64,000 bases of DNA from Octopus sinensis (lineage: Eukaryota), in contig NC_043026.1 in assembly GCF_006345805.1 (NCBI RefSeq), forward strand, positions 9,300,001-9,364,000. The letters run 5' to 3'. The notes beneath the pieces are model-generated. The model had not been told where the DNA came from. It worked only from the letters and a program-made list of their open reading frames with translations, and did not search any database. The position numbers were made by a program, and so were the translations under genes. This document shows positions 10,091 through 21,947 of the stretch, piece by piece; position 1 is the first letter of the stretch, and every line of letters begins with the position of its first letter.

Positions 10091-10299
10091 ACGCTGGAGT
10101 AACTGAATACATCCCCGTGTGGGATATACCTCTCTCTCCATTAAACCATTCAAAATCGATGATATCAGAATCCGAAAACATTTTTGGAACCCCCCCCCCC
10201 CAAAAAAAAACACCCAGACATCGGTGGGGTGCACGTGTTGTGCCTACATCGATATTTATGTATATATGCGTAAATTACGACGAAGTCGACTTTGCCTTT

Positions 10300-10610
10300 A
10301 ATATTTTTGCTGGGGCGGGACACAATAAAATAAATACTAGTTGTCTACTGGGATCCAGGTAAGCGACTTAGCCCCCCCCCCAACACTTCCGCCGATATTG
10401 CTGGCGTTGTGCCAAAATTTGAAACCAATATTTCATACGCATGCGCACTAAACGTACGTCCGTCTCCATTCATTACGTTACGACAAACATTTGATGTCTG
10501 GTGCCAGAATTTCTCTCAATTCACTCCCAAACACATTTGTAATAGATTTCTCAACCACCTGACGCACATCTAACAACAACACCATCCTTTATAAAGACAT
10601 TTCCGTAAGT
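10300..10610 (+). promoter_or_regulatory. Putative ZNF2 promoter and non-coding exon 1
   Basis: GC box ggggcggg at 10312, ETS-like acttccgc, NRF1-like tacgcatgcgca at 10436-10447, donor catttcc|gtaagt (intron from 10605). Acceptor ttattatttcag|aatatc at 12906/12907. The block is conserved between the A and B families. Confidence 0.65.
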
Positions 10611-10969
10611 ATTAAACAACGAAAGCATTTAATCTTTTAATACTTTGGTGTCTCAGATGTCCTTTGATCTGTTCCACATTTGGCTGCTATTTCTAGCTAT
10701 GGCGGCAACCTCCTACACGCTCCATCGTTTCTTCTTTAAGTTTGTTTGTTGTGTGTTTTAGGTGGAGAAATGTTCTTAAAATAAACTCCAACCACAGAAA
10801 TGCTGAGAATCCAATGCTTTATTATAATTTATCGAACCCTTGTTTCTTGATATAAGGTAAGGGACATAATTAGTAAGCGGGGCAAAATGAGTATTTTCCC
10901 GTTTCTCCTAATTTGTTTGAATTTCTTATTTTTGTGAGTATTGCTACATTTTATTTTAGGACTGGGGAT

Positions 10970-11325
10970 GGCGGAGAGCTGGCAGAAGGGTTAACACCCC
11001 GGGCGAAATGCGTGGACGTATTTCGTCTGCCGTTACGTTCTGAGTTTAAATTCCGGCGGGGTCGATAAATAAAGTACCAGTTACGCACTGGGGTCGATGT
11101 AATCGACTTAATACCTATGTCTGTCCTTGTTTCTCCCCTTTGTGTTTAGCCCCTTGTGGGCAGTAAAAAAATAGATATTTCGTCTGCCGTTACGTTCTGA
11201 GTTCAAATTCCGCGAGGGCGACTTTGCCTTTCATCCTTTCGGGGTCGATATGATCGACTTAATCCGTTTTTCTGTCCTTGTTTGTCCCCTCTGTGTCTAG
11301 CCCCTTGTGGTGAGTAAAGAAATAT
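10970..11325 (+). mobile_element. S1 SINE, dimeric copy
   Basis: Head ggcggagagctggcagaa followed by two body units; a monomer is at 25003-25200 in the paralogous intron. Confidence 0.8.
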
Positions 11326-11596
11326 ATATTTAGGACTGGGAATTTGTCCTTATAGTTGTTGGAGTTGCAGGTCCTTTTTATTGTCAAGAAATTTTCCCTC
11401 AACTCTCAACCCGATAATAATCGAGGTTACTAATAAATTATCTGGATGATGTTCGGTGTTTAACCATCAATATTCTTCTCTCTCTTAGATTCCAGATCCA
11501 TTTTTACCCCCCGTTTAGTGTCTAATTTGGTAATTTTCAATTATCAAAAATCATGACTAAGATGGGGCAAAATGAGTAATGACTACTTTCAATAAT

Positions 11597-12306
11597 CTCT
11601 TGTTAGTGGATGGAAGCACTCCGTCGGTTACGACGATGAGCACTCCACAAACACGTGTACCCTTAACGTAGTTCTCGGGGATATTTTGCGTGACACAGAG
11701 AGTGACAAGGCCGGCCCTTTGAAATACAGGTACAACAGAAACAGGAAGTAAGAGTGAGAGAAAGTTGTGGTGAAAGAGTACAGCAGGGATCACCACCATC
11801 CCCTGCCGGGGCCTCGTGGAGCTTTTAGGTGTTTTCGCTCAATAAACACTCACAACGCCCGGTCTGGGAATCGAAACCGCAATCCTACGACCGCGAGTCC
11901 GCTGCCCTAACCACGAAGAGATCTTGAAGAAACTGTTGATGATATTTTATGTTGATTTTTTTCCCCCATTTATTCGATATTCATTAATTTCACATCATTT
12001 GCAATTTTTCTCTGATTCTCTTTCATTTGAATTCGATACTTGAATAGCTTTTTGCATTTCTGATCTTTAAGATGTCGAAGGATAGATATTGATGTGTTTG
12101 AGTCTTTGTTTTCAAATGTAATTCTGGATAAATTGAAGAGACAATTTCACCTTTTCTTGCCTCTGCCAAATTTCTCTTTCTACACACTCAAAGAGAACAA
12201 TGATAATTTCCTGAAAGAGTGATTCTGTTATAATGTTTTCAATGCATTCAGGGAAGGCCATTTGCTTGGCTGATAAACTTTTTGTAATCATTCGTGAAAT
12301 CTCCTC
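11597..12306 (-). mobile_element. Composite insertion (S2 SINE + ~390 bp unrelated sequence) flanked by 35-bp direct repeats
   Basis: atggggcaaa(a/g)tgagtaatgacta(c/t)tt(t/c)caataat at 11562-11596 and 12307-12341. Present in the ZNF2, ZNF4 and ZNF8 introns; a single motif without the insert occurs at ~741 (ZNF1) and 58419 (ZNF10). Confidence 0.65.
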
Positions 12307-13262
12307 ATGGGGCAAAGTGAGTAATGACTATTTCCAATAATTTTTTCCCTATATGGAGTTAAAGAGAAGAAATTGTGAGCTGTTAGGTAACTAGTCACAG
12401 ACATGCATTTTCTACAATATCCTCTGGCTTTGTGAATGGATTTGGGAGATGAAAACTGAAGGAAGCCCAATATATATATATGTGTGGGTGTGGGTGTTGT
12501 CCTCCCACCCCTTCAACACTTGACAAACAGTGTTGGTGTGTTTATGTCCCCATAAACTTGTGGTTTGGCAAAAGTGGCTGATAGAATAAGTGCTAAGCTG
12601 AAAAAATAAGTCCTAGCATTGATTCTATTGACTGAAGCCTTTAAAGTTGGTGCTCCAGCATGACCACAGTCAAAACAACTGAAACCAGTAAAAAAGTGTG
12701 TGTGTGTGTGTATTTATGAATGTGGAGCTGGAGTTTAGAAATATGTTAGCTTCAAACAGGATTTTGTGATGTAAATATTTATAAATTAGAAAGTTCTGTT
12801 GTTCAGTTAAATGTTTATTTCTAGAGTTTATCTTTATGGAAATGTTGAATCTGTATTTTTTTAAGTAGCCTCTATATCTTACACTGTTGTTTCTTTATTA
12901 TTTCAGAATATCAGATGACATTGGCATAACTGAAGATACATTCTCATTATTTATCAGCTTTTTAAAGACCAAATTGGAAATATTATACAGAACAGATATA
13001 TAAGATTGTTTCTATAAATCTGTGGCGGAATTCCTCTGATATATTTACTCTGAAATGTGTTATTAGCAAACCTTCTGGACATCACTGGCTGGAGTGTCTA
13101 CAAGATGAGTCTGTTTGCAGATTGAACGTGGATAAATTTAGTTGTTTTGTGACAAAGGTAACAGTGGCCAGAAATACAACAGTTGAAATATTTGTAAACA
13201 GAAGACTATAGAAGCAAAAAGAATAAAAAAAGAAGGTATATTGTGAAGTTGAAGGAAAAATA

Positions 13263-15191
13263 ATGGAAAAGAGTGAGAAAGTGAAGGAACAGATTTTTCC
13301 AGAAGATAGCAAAAAAGAGAGACAAAAATTGTCACATGACTGTGATGTGTGTAAAAAGTCTTTCTCTCAAAAAGGTAACTTAAATAAGCACAAACGTATT
13401 CATACAGGAGAGAAGCCATTTCACTGTGGAATCTGTGGTAAATCATTCTCTGACCGAAGTGCTTTAAATTCTCACATACGTGTTCATACTGGAGAGAAGC
13501 CATTTCACTGTAACATCTGTGGTAAATCATTCTCTGCAAGTGGTACATTGACTAAACACAAACTTCTTCATACAGGAGAGACACCATATTCCTGTAATAT
13601 CTGTGGTAAATCATTTTCTGGTAAAAGTGCTCTAACTTATCATAAACGTATTCATACAGGAGAGAAGCCATTTCAGTGTGATATTTGTGGTAAATCATTT
13701 GCTGTAAGCAGTTTCTTAACTACTCACAGACATATCCATGCAGATGAGAAGCCTTATCATTGTGGCATTTGTGGTAAATCATTCCTTTCAGCCATACACG
13801 TCACTAGACACGAGCGTATTCATACAGGAGAGAAGCCATTTCACTGTGTCATCTGTGGTAAATCATTCTCTCGAAAAGATGTCTTGACTTTACACAAACG
13901 TATTCATACAGGAGAGAAGCCATATCAGTGCAACATCTGTAACAAATCTTTCCCTGCCAGTAGGGACCTAACTACTCATAAACGTATTCATACAGGAGAG
14001 TCACCATATCATTGTGATATCTGTGGTAAATCATTCTCTCAAAGTTGCAACTTAACTACTCATAAACGTTCCCATACAGGAGAGAAGCCATATCAGTGCA
14101 ACATCTGTAACAAATCTTTCTCTGATAGAAGGAACCTAACTACTCATAAAGGTATTCATACAGGAGAGTCACCATATTCTTGTGATATCTGTGGTAAATC
14201 ATTCTCTCAAAGTTGCAACTTAACTACTCACAAACGTTCCCATACAGGAGAGAAGCCATACCACTGTGATATCTGTGGTAAATCATTCTCCGTGAGTTCT
14301 AACTTAACTGGACACAAACGTATTCATACAGGTGAAACACCATATTCTTGTGATATCTGTGGTAAATCATTCTCTCAAAGTGGCGACTTAGCTAAACATA
14401 AACGTTTCCATACAGGAGAGATGCCATATCCCTGTGATGTCTGTAACAAATCTTTCTCTACCAGTTGTAACCTAATGACCCATAAACGTATTCATACAGG
14501 AGAGAAGCCATATCAGTGCGACATCTGTAACAAATCTTTCTCTGATAGAAGGAACCTAACTACTCATAAACGTATTCATACAGGAGAGACACCATTTCAC
14601 TGTGAAATCTGTGGTAAATCATTCTCTAAAAGTGGCAACTTAACTACTCATGAACGTCTTCATACAGGAGAGAAGCCATACCACTGTGATATCTGTGGTA
14701 AATCATTCACCGTGAGTTGTAACTTAACTGGACACAGACGTATTCATACAGGAGAAACACCATATTCTTGTGATATTTGTGGTAAATTATTCTCTCAAAA
14801 AATTTATTTGACTTTACACAAACGTATTCATACAGGAGAGACACCATTTCACTGTGAAATCTGTGGTAAATCATTCTCTCAAAATGGCCACCTAACTACT
14901 CATAAACGTATTCATACAGGAGAGACACCATATCACTGTGATATCTGTGGTAAATCATTCTCTCAAAGTGGCCACCTAACTACTCATAAACGTATTCATA
15001 CAGGAGAGACACCATATCACTGTGATATCTGTGGTAAATCATTCTCTCACCAAAGTGCTTTCATTTCTCACAAACGTATCCATACAGGAGAGAAGCCATA
15101 TTCTTGTGATATCTGTGGTAGGTCATTCACTCAACATAGCAGCTTAACTTCTCACAAACATGTTCATCAGGGGAAGAAGCAATCCCACTAA
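13263..15191 (+). CDS. ZNF2 (A-type): 642 aa, 22 tandem C2H2 fingers, no recognisable effector domain
   Basis: Intact ORF; repeats of CxxC...HxxxH with TGEKP/TGETP linkers; length = 26 + 28x22. Confidence 0.95.
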   Translation: MEKSEKVKEQIFPEDSKKERQKLSHDCDVCKKSFSQKGNLNKHKRIHTGEKPFHCGICGKSFSDRSALNSHIRVHTGEKPFHCNICGKSFSASGTLTKHKLLHTGETPYSCNICGKSFSGKSALTYHKRIHTGEKPFQCDICGKSFAVSSFLTTHRHIHADEKPYHCGICGKSFLSAIHVTRHERIHTGEKPFHCVICGKSFSRKDVLTLHKRIHTGEKPYQCNICNKSFPASRDLTTHKRIHTGESPYHCDICGKSFSQSCNLTTHKRSHTGEKPYQCNICNKSFSDRRNLTTHKGIHTGESPYSCDICGKSFSQSCNLTTHKRSHTGEKPYHCDICGKSFSVSSNLTGHKRIHTGETPYSCDICGKSFSQSGDLAKHKRFHTGEMPYPCDVCNKSFSTSCNLMTHKRIHTGEKPYQCDICNKSFSDRRNLTTHKRIHTGETPFHCEICGKSFSKSGNLTTHERLHTGEKPYHCDICGKSFTVSCNLTGHRRIHTGETPYSCDICGKLFSQKIYLTLHKRIHTGETPFHCEICGKSFSQNGHLTTHKRIHTGETPYHCDICGKSFSQSGHLTTHKRIHTGETPYHCDICGKSFSHQSAFISHKRIHTGEKPYSCDICGRSFTQHSSLTSHKHVHQGKKQSH

Positions 15192-15625
15192 TATTTGCGC
15201 TAAATCATAATCTCTAAGGGATTACCGGAACCCTTTACCATGCAGGTTATTCTGTCGAACGTGATGTTTATTTACTCACATTATTTTCAATTTGCCATCC
15301 ATTAGCTCACAGTTTTCAAGTTTTGATGATGTGGTTGTGTATTTTCAGAATGGCATCGTATGGTAGGTGCAAGAGGCTGAGTCTGGCTATGTGCTATGTT
15401 AAAGGGATGTATTGATAAAAGTTTAGTAAAATTCTATGAATTAGAAAAAAGATATTTAATTTTAATTCTCAAATTTTTATCAATTTTTGCGTGACATTAA
15501 AGGGACATTACTCATATATGAACTTAGGCGCACACACACACCCAGACACAACGGATAAAAGACAATACAAAGAGTTTTCAAATTGAGTAAACAGGAGTAG
15601 TTGTGTGGTAAGTAGCTTGCTTCCC

Positions 15626-16607
15626 TTTGTCGGAGACGGACGTGTTTGTTTTTGGCGGAGAGTTCTTGGTGCTTGATGTCACATCTTTCGTTGTGAAATA
15701 TTGAACTTTGAGGCTTGACTACAGGTAGGCGTTTGTCGTATTTTTTGAGGGCTTAGTGAAGTTTGTTGCCCTGTATTTAATAATTTTTGGTGAGTAATAG
15801 ACTCCAATCTGCTCCAGACATTTGCCTGCCTGTGGCCGCCTATAAAGACTCATTTTGCAGTGAGAATTGTGTTTTTGAGGAGGCGTAGCCCGTCCGCAAC
15901 AATTAATTTCTTTGCGAAAATTATCTTTGTGTCTGAGGACTACCAAGGCAGGAAGGACTGTTTTTGCAAGGTGGACATGAGTGTTTTGGCTCTGGCCAAT
16001 TACAAGAAAAAAGAACAAAAACAGAGAAGGTTGTCGAGGCAAGTGATTTTGTTTTATCTGAGCTGGGTGTAATTTGTTATATTGTTATTTTTTGTTAACA
16101 AATTTCGCCTGCTCTCGGCGGCTGCTGTTTTGTGAATTTAGTGTGAATATTTTGGATTCATTAAAAAAAAAAAAGCAGTGGAGGGACGTATCCTCGCCCA
16201 AATGATTAGAACCTGGTACAGTTACCATTGGCTGTAGCCAGTATTGTGTTTGGATTTCTTTTACCAATTACGGGTAAAGACGATTCATACCAAGGAACCT
16301 ATGTACATTTGGCCAGGAGTACCTTTTCGGCCGAAAATTAATTTATTTCTTTGCCTGGATTTGAACTCTCTTCTTCAAAGCTTTCGTTTATTTAAAAGAA
16401 TAAAAGAACTCTTTTTTGAACTGTTATTTTTTATTTTATTTCTTCCCTTCTTTTTTTGTGTCTTGTTTTATTTTCTTACATTTTGAACTGTAATTGAACT
16501 TTGTGTTGAAATGGCAAAGGAATTTCTTGTGTGGGACTTGACACCTCCCCAAAAATGGTGAAAAGAGCTTGAAAGGAAGACGGTGGTGTTGAGGACTTAC
16601 TCAAAGT
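15626..16607 (+). mobile_element. Tx1/L1-like LINE family B, 5' UTR and start of ORF1, 3'-deleted, inserted in an S3 SINE
   Basis: Preceded by the S3 head caggagtagttgtgtggtaagtagcttgcttccc (15592-15625) and followed by the S3 tail gtcaatgactgaaacaagtaaaagag; colinear with 29951-30890. Confidence 0.7.
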
Positions 16608-16879
16608 CAATGACTGAAACAAGTAAAAGAGTAAAGAGTATATAATTGCCATTAGTGTTCTGATAAATAAAACAGAAGCCTGTGTATGAAACTGGTCTTT
16701 TTCCTACTTCAGTTATTTCATTTTTCTCTTATAAAATACACACATACAGGAGGGGTAAACTATACATATAATAATACTTTGAATGTGGCTCTCAAGAAAG
16801 AATAAAAGCAATTACCCAATTAATGACAGGTATTACTACGAGTAGTTTATATACATATACACACACAAAGGAACCAACC

Positions 16880-17065
16880 GTAAAAGCACCATCCGATTGT
16901 AGCTGTTGCCAGCATCGTTTGGCCTCCGTGCCAGTGGCACGTGAAAGCAACCACTACACTAACGGAGTGGTTGGCATTAGGAAGGGCATCCAGCCGTAGA
17001 AACATTGTCAGAACAGACTGGGCCTGGTGCAGCCTCCTGGCTTCCCAGACCCCAGTTGAACCATC
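16880..17065 (+). mobile_element. RTE 3' UTR fragment
   Basis: gtaaaagcaccatccga...ggcattaggaagggcatccagc...cccagaccccagttgaacc; paralogous to 61768-62010. Other copies: 18215-18350, 21195-21420, 33450-33668, 49840-50055, 52838-53063, 63078-63210. Confidence 0.8.
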
Positions 17066-18617
17066 ACAAATTTTAATGAACTCTATCTGGAACAGTGGAA
17101 GTTGTATCACAGTTGAAATTCTGTAGCATTGGTTATGAGTTTTGCTGGAGAGTTAACTGTGGCTGGTCTAGTTTGTGTGCCTGGAGTTACCTTTATATAA
17201 AAGAATGACAAGAAGAACCAGGTAAATTCAATGCAACTATTATTTATTACAACCCCTTATAAAAATACATGGCAAATGTCTTACATATTGTGAAGTAACA
17301 GGTTTGGCAAGTTTTAACAAACTCTATCTGGAACAGTGGAAGTTGTATCATAGTTGAAATTCTGTAGCATGTTCATAGTTTGGTTCTGTGTGTTGGGCAG
17401 CATCTGTTGTTGTGATCTGTCCGTTGCTGTAGAGGAAGTACAAGTTTACCAGGCCAGAGAGAGAGAGAGAGATGAGGAATGAAGACAGAAACGGGTGTGC
17501 TGCCACAAAGGAGACACATGGTTACCCAGCCCGAGGGAAAAGCAGGAGAAGGAGATAGAGGGTGGGAGACAGCACGATGGAGATAGTGGCAAAATGATGG
17601 GCGTATTCACTAGGGAGGGGATTTGAACATAAATGGGGATCCTTGAGTAAGGGAAGAAAGAGATATAGATGGTGGCAAGGGCCAGGCCATAACCTTGGGG
17701 TTTCAACATCATAATATAAGGGACAGGATACTGAGTTCAATTTCCGCCGAGGTCGACTTTGCTTTTCATCCTTTTAGGGTCGATTAAATAAGTACCAGTT
17801 ACGCACTAGGGTTCATGTAATCGACTTAATCCGTTTGTCCCCTCTGTTTTTAGCCCCTTTTGGGTAGTAAAGGAATAGGATACTGCAAAGGAAGCATGAT
17901 TAGAGTGTAGGGGGTGTTGAGTGATGACAATCTGGGTATTATATAGGGTCAAGGGGCTACCGGATGGGAAGGATTGGGGGAGTGAGAGGTAGGCATGGTG
18001 TATGGAAGGAATGTGAAGAAGAGATGTAGATTGGTTTGTTCGTGGTAGGGTGTGTAAAAAGTTTTCTTGTTACATGTGGGTGGAAGACATAGGTTGAGGG
18101 CAAGCCAATAGCAATAATACAGTAAGACAGGGAATGGGGGTGGAACAGACAGGTCAGGACTAGCGGAGAGCAATGCTACAGTGAGACAGGGCAGGACTGT
18201 ATTTAAAATATCCGATCGTGGCCGTTTGCCAGCCTCGTCTGGCACCTGTGCAGGTGGCACGTAAAAAGCACCCACTACACTCACAGACTGGTTGGCATTA
18301 GGAAGGGCATCCAGCTGTAGAAACACTGCCAGATCAGACAACTTGGTGCATCTAGTGTCCACTCTTTAGAATTTAAACCAGCCATATCTGGCCCAAATAT
18401 TCTACCTATTTCATCATCAAAGTAGTCAGTCGGCTTCTTACACCTACCCTACAATGTCATTGTGAAAATACACAATCATATCATCAAAACTTGAAAGCTG
18501 TGGGTTAATGCATGACAAATTGAAAATTATGTGAATAAATAACCCTCACATTCGACAGAATAATCTGCATGGTAAAGGGTTCAGTCACCCCTTACAGATT
18601 ATGATTTAGCACAAATA

Positions 18618-20036
18618 TCAGTGGGATTGCTTCTTCCCCTGATGAACACGTTTGTGAGAAGTTAAGCTGCCATGTTGAGTGAATGACCTACCACAGATAT
18701 CACAAGAATATGGTGTCTCTCCTGTATGAATACGTTTGTGAGAAATGAAAGCACTTTGGTCAGAGAATGATTTACCACAGATATCACAGTGATATGGTGT
18801 CTCTCCAGTATGAATACGTTTATGAGTAGTTAGGCTGCCACTTTCAGAGAATGATTTACCACAGATATCACAAGAATATGGTCTCTCCCCTGTATGAATA
18901 CGTTTGTGTGTAGTCAAGTTACCTTTTTGAGAGAATGATTTACCACAAATGTCACAGTGAAATGGCTTCTCTCCTGTATGAACACGTTTGTGAGATTTTA
19001 AAAGGCTTTGGACAGAGAATGATGTACCACAGACATCACAGTGATAGGGCTTCTCTCCTGTATGAATACGCTTATGTGTAGTTAGATTCCTACTGAGAGA
19101 GAAAGATTTGCCACAGATGTCGCAGTGATACAGCTTCTCTCCTTTATGAATACGTTTGTGAGCAGTTAAGTGCCCACTTTGAGAGAATGATTTACCACAA
19201 ATGTCGCAGTGAAATGGCTTCTCTCCTGTATGAATACGTTTGTGAGAAGTTAAATACCCACTCTGAGAGAATGATGTACCACAGACATCACAGTGATAGG
19301 GCTTCTCTCCTGTATGAATACGCATATGTGTAGTTAGGTTCCTACTGAGAGAGAAAGACTTGCCACAGATGTCGCAGTGATACAGCTTCTCTCCTGTATG
19401 AATATATTTGTGAGCAGTTAAACACCCACTTTGAGAGAATGATTTACCACAGATGTCACAAGAATACGGTGTTTCTCCTGTATGAATACGTCTGTGTTTA
19501 GTCAGGGTACTACTGGCAGAGAAAGATTTGCCACAAATGTTGCACTGATATGGCTTCTCTCCTGTATGGAAACGTTTGTGAGCAGTTAAGTTCCCAATTT
19601 GAGTGAATGATTTACCACAGATATCACAAGAATATGGTGTCTCTCCTGTATGAATACGTTTATGAGTAGTTCGGTTCCTACTGGCAGAGAAAGATTTGCC
19701 ACAGATTTCACAGTGATATGGCTTCTCTCCTGTATGAATACGTTTGTGTGTAGTCAAGTTATTATTTTTAGAGAATGATTTACCACAGATGTCACAGTGA
19801 AATCGTTTCTCCTCTGTATGAATACGCTTGTGCATATTCAAGCGACCCTTTTCAGAGAATGATTTACCACAGATGTCACAATGAAATGGCTTCTCTACCG
19901 TATGAATACGTTTGTGCTTATTCAAGTTACCCTTTTCAGAGAAGGACTTTTTACACACATCACAGTCATGTGACAATTTTTGTTTCCCTTTTTTTTCTGG
20001 AAAAGTCAGATCCTTTAGTTTCTCACTCTTTTCCAT
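18618..20036 (-). CDS. ZNF3 (B-type): 472 aa, 16 C2H2 fingers
   Basis: Intact ORF, length 24 + 28x16; acceptor at 20402-20403, exon-1 donor at 23348-23353. Confidence 0.95.
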   Translation of the reverse strand: MEKSEKLKDLTFPEKKGKQKLSHDCDVCKKSFSEKGNLNKHKRIHTVEKPFHCDICGKSFSEKGRLNMHKRIHTEEKRFHCDICGKSFSKNNNLTTHKRIHTGEKPYHCEICGKSFSASRNRTTHKRIHTGETPYSCDICGKSFTQIGNLTAHKRFHTGEKPYQCNICGKSFSASSTLTKHRRIHTGETPYSCDICGKSFSQSGCLTAHKYIHTGEKLYHCDICGKSFSLSRNLTTHMRIHTGEKPYHCDVCGTSFSQSGYLTSHKRIHTGEKPFHCDICGKSFSQSGHLTAHKRIHKGEKLYHCDICGKSFSLSRNLTTHKRIHTGEKPYHCDVCGTSFSVQSLLKSHKRVHTGEKPFHCDICGKSFSQKGNLTTHKRIHTGERPYSCDICGKSFSESGSLTTHKRIHTGETPYHCDICGKSFSDQSAFISHKRIHTGETPYSCDICGRSFTQHGSLTSHKRVHQGKKQSH

Positions 20037-20609
20037 TATTCTTCTTTGAAAATCACAATATATATAAATATATATGTTTTCTTCTTTGTACTTCTATAGT
20101 CTTTTGTTTGCAAGTATTTCGACTGCTGTATTTCTGTCCAGTGTTACCTTTGTCCCAAAACTCGTTAGTAAATTTATCCAAGTTTAATTTGCTAAGAGAC
20201 ACATCTTGTAGACACTCCAGCCAGTGATGTCCAGAAGGTTTCCTAATAACACATTTCAGAGTAAATATATCAGAGGAATTCTGCCATAGATTTATAGAAA
20301 CAATCTTATATATCTGTTCTGTACAATATTTCCATTTTGGTCTTTAAAAGATGATAAATAATGAGAATGTATCTTCAGTTATGCCAATGTCATCTGATAT
20401 TCTGAAAGAATAAAGAAACAACAGTGTAAGATATAGAGGCTACTTAAAAAAACACAGATTCAACATTTCCATAAAGATAAACTCTAGAAATAAACATTTA
20501 CCTGAACAACAGAACTTTCTAATTTATTAATATTTACATCACAAAATCTTTTGTAAAACTAACATATTTCTAAATTCCAGTTACACATTCCTACTGCACA
20601 ACATTTATA

Positions 20610-20643
<34 letters not shown>

Positions 20644-21155
20644 AAGTTAATCCAAACAAGAAAACAAAAAGACAACAATGCAAGGATGTGGAACAAAGAA
20701 AGTATTATTGGGCGCTCAGGAAAAAAAGGGAAGAATGACGTTTCGAGCGGAGCTCTACGTCGGAAACATAGGAGAAGGAAAGATCCCGAGGTGGGAGGAC
20801 AGAGGGAAAAAAAATGCAAGTGGTCTTCACGAGGTCACATACTGAAAAGGTGGAAGTGGTAAACAAGAGGGAGCAGGTTTTCAAAGACAGGAGAGCGGAA
20901 TCAAAGAAGGAATGGTAAACAACGGTGTGCGAGATGACAAGGGTGTGTGTGTGAGTGAAGGCGTGTGTGTGTATTGTGTGTATATGGTGGGCGAAGGCTA
21001 GTGGCAAGCAGCAGTAGCGAGTCACAGATCAGAAACAGGAAGGAATGTGTGTGTGCGTGTATATGTCTCGTCTGTGTGTTTTGTTGTAGTATGTGTGTGT
21101 GTACGTGTGCATTTTTTTGTGTGTATGGCGAGTAACTGTGTGATATATATACGCT

Positions 21156-21193
<38 letters not shown>

Positions 21194-21899
21194 ACGTAAA
21201 AAGCACCATCCGATCGTGACCATTTGCCAGCCCCGTCTGGCACGTAAAAAGCACCCACTACACTCATGGAGTGGTTGGCGTTAGGAAGGGCATCCAGCCG
21301 TAGAAACTTTGCCAGATCAGACTGGGCCTGGTGCAGCCTTCTGGCTTCCCAGACCCCAGTTGAACCGTCCAACCCATGCTAGCATGGAAAACGGATGCTA
21401 AACGATGATGATGATGATGATATTGTGAAATTGATGAATAGGGGACTTATAGACCTCTTGTTTAAATGCCTACAAAAAGTACATCAGCTAAGCAAATGGC
21501 CTTCCCTAAATGCATTGAAACCATTATAACAGAATCACTGTTTCAGGAAATTATCGTCGTTCAAAGACAACAAAATAATAATAATAATTCGTTCGTTTAT
21601 TGGCCACAAGGGCTAACAAAAATCAATTAAAACATAAAGGGACAAAACACAGGACGAAAGTTACAAAGGGTTTTGTCCGTAACTATGTAGAAAACGAAAA
21701 TGAAAAAAAAAAAAACTGTGCTAACGACCCGGGGGGTGGGGGACTTTCAGAAAATTTACAAGATCCGATTTTTCCGTCATAAGTTAGTGTAAAATGGATT
21801 GCGAGGATGATCCGGTTCTTGACTGAAGAAGGCTTCCAATGACCCGTCCGTGCTTTTTGTATCGTCTATTTGGATGTTTTGCGTTCTTGTCCCATTTTG

Positions 21900-21945
<46 letters not shown>

Positions 21946-21947
<2 letters not shown>

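Noticed and set aside
10352-10366. Second donor-like site cag|gtaagc upstream of the NRF1-like motif
   Set aside because: It is present only in A promoters, upstream of the conserved module, with no evidence of an exon; left unannotated without RNA data.
17400-18200. Repeated ORFs in the A/B intergenic block (e.g. LCLPPTCNKKTFYTP; also 33166, 49574, 62792)
   Set aside because: Start, stop and length differ among the four paralogous copies, the ORFs run through RTE and SINE fragments, and no domain is recognisable.
21820-21855. Possible hammerhead at ctgaagaaggc (also ~53473) and the motif at 20735-20768
   Set aside because: The first has no downstream GAAA or stem II partner; the second has two core substitutions (CCGACGU) and no stem I.
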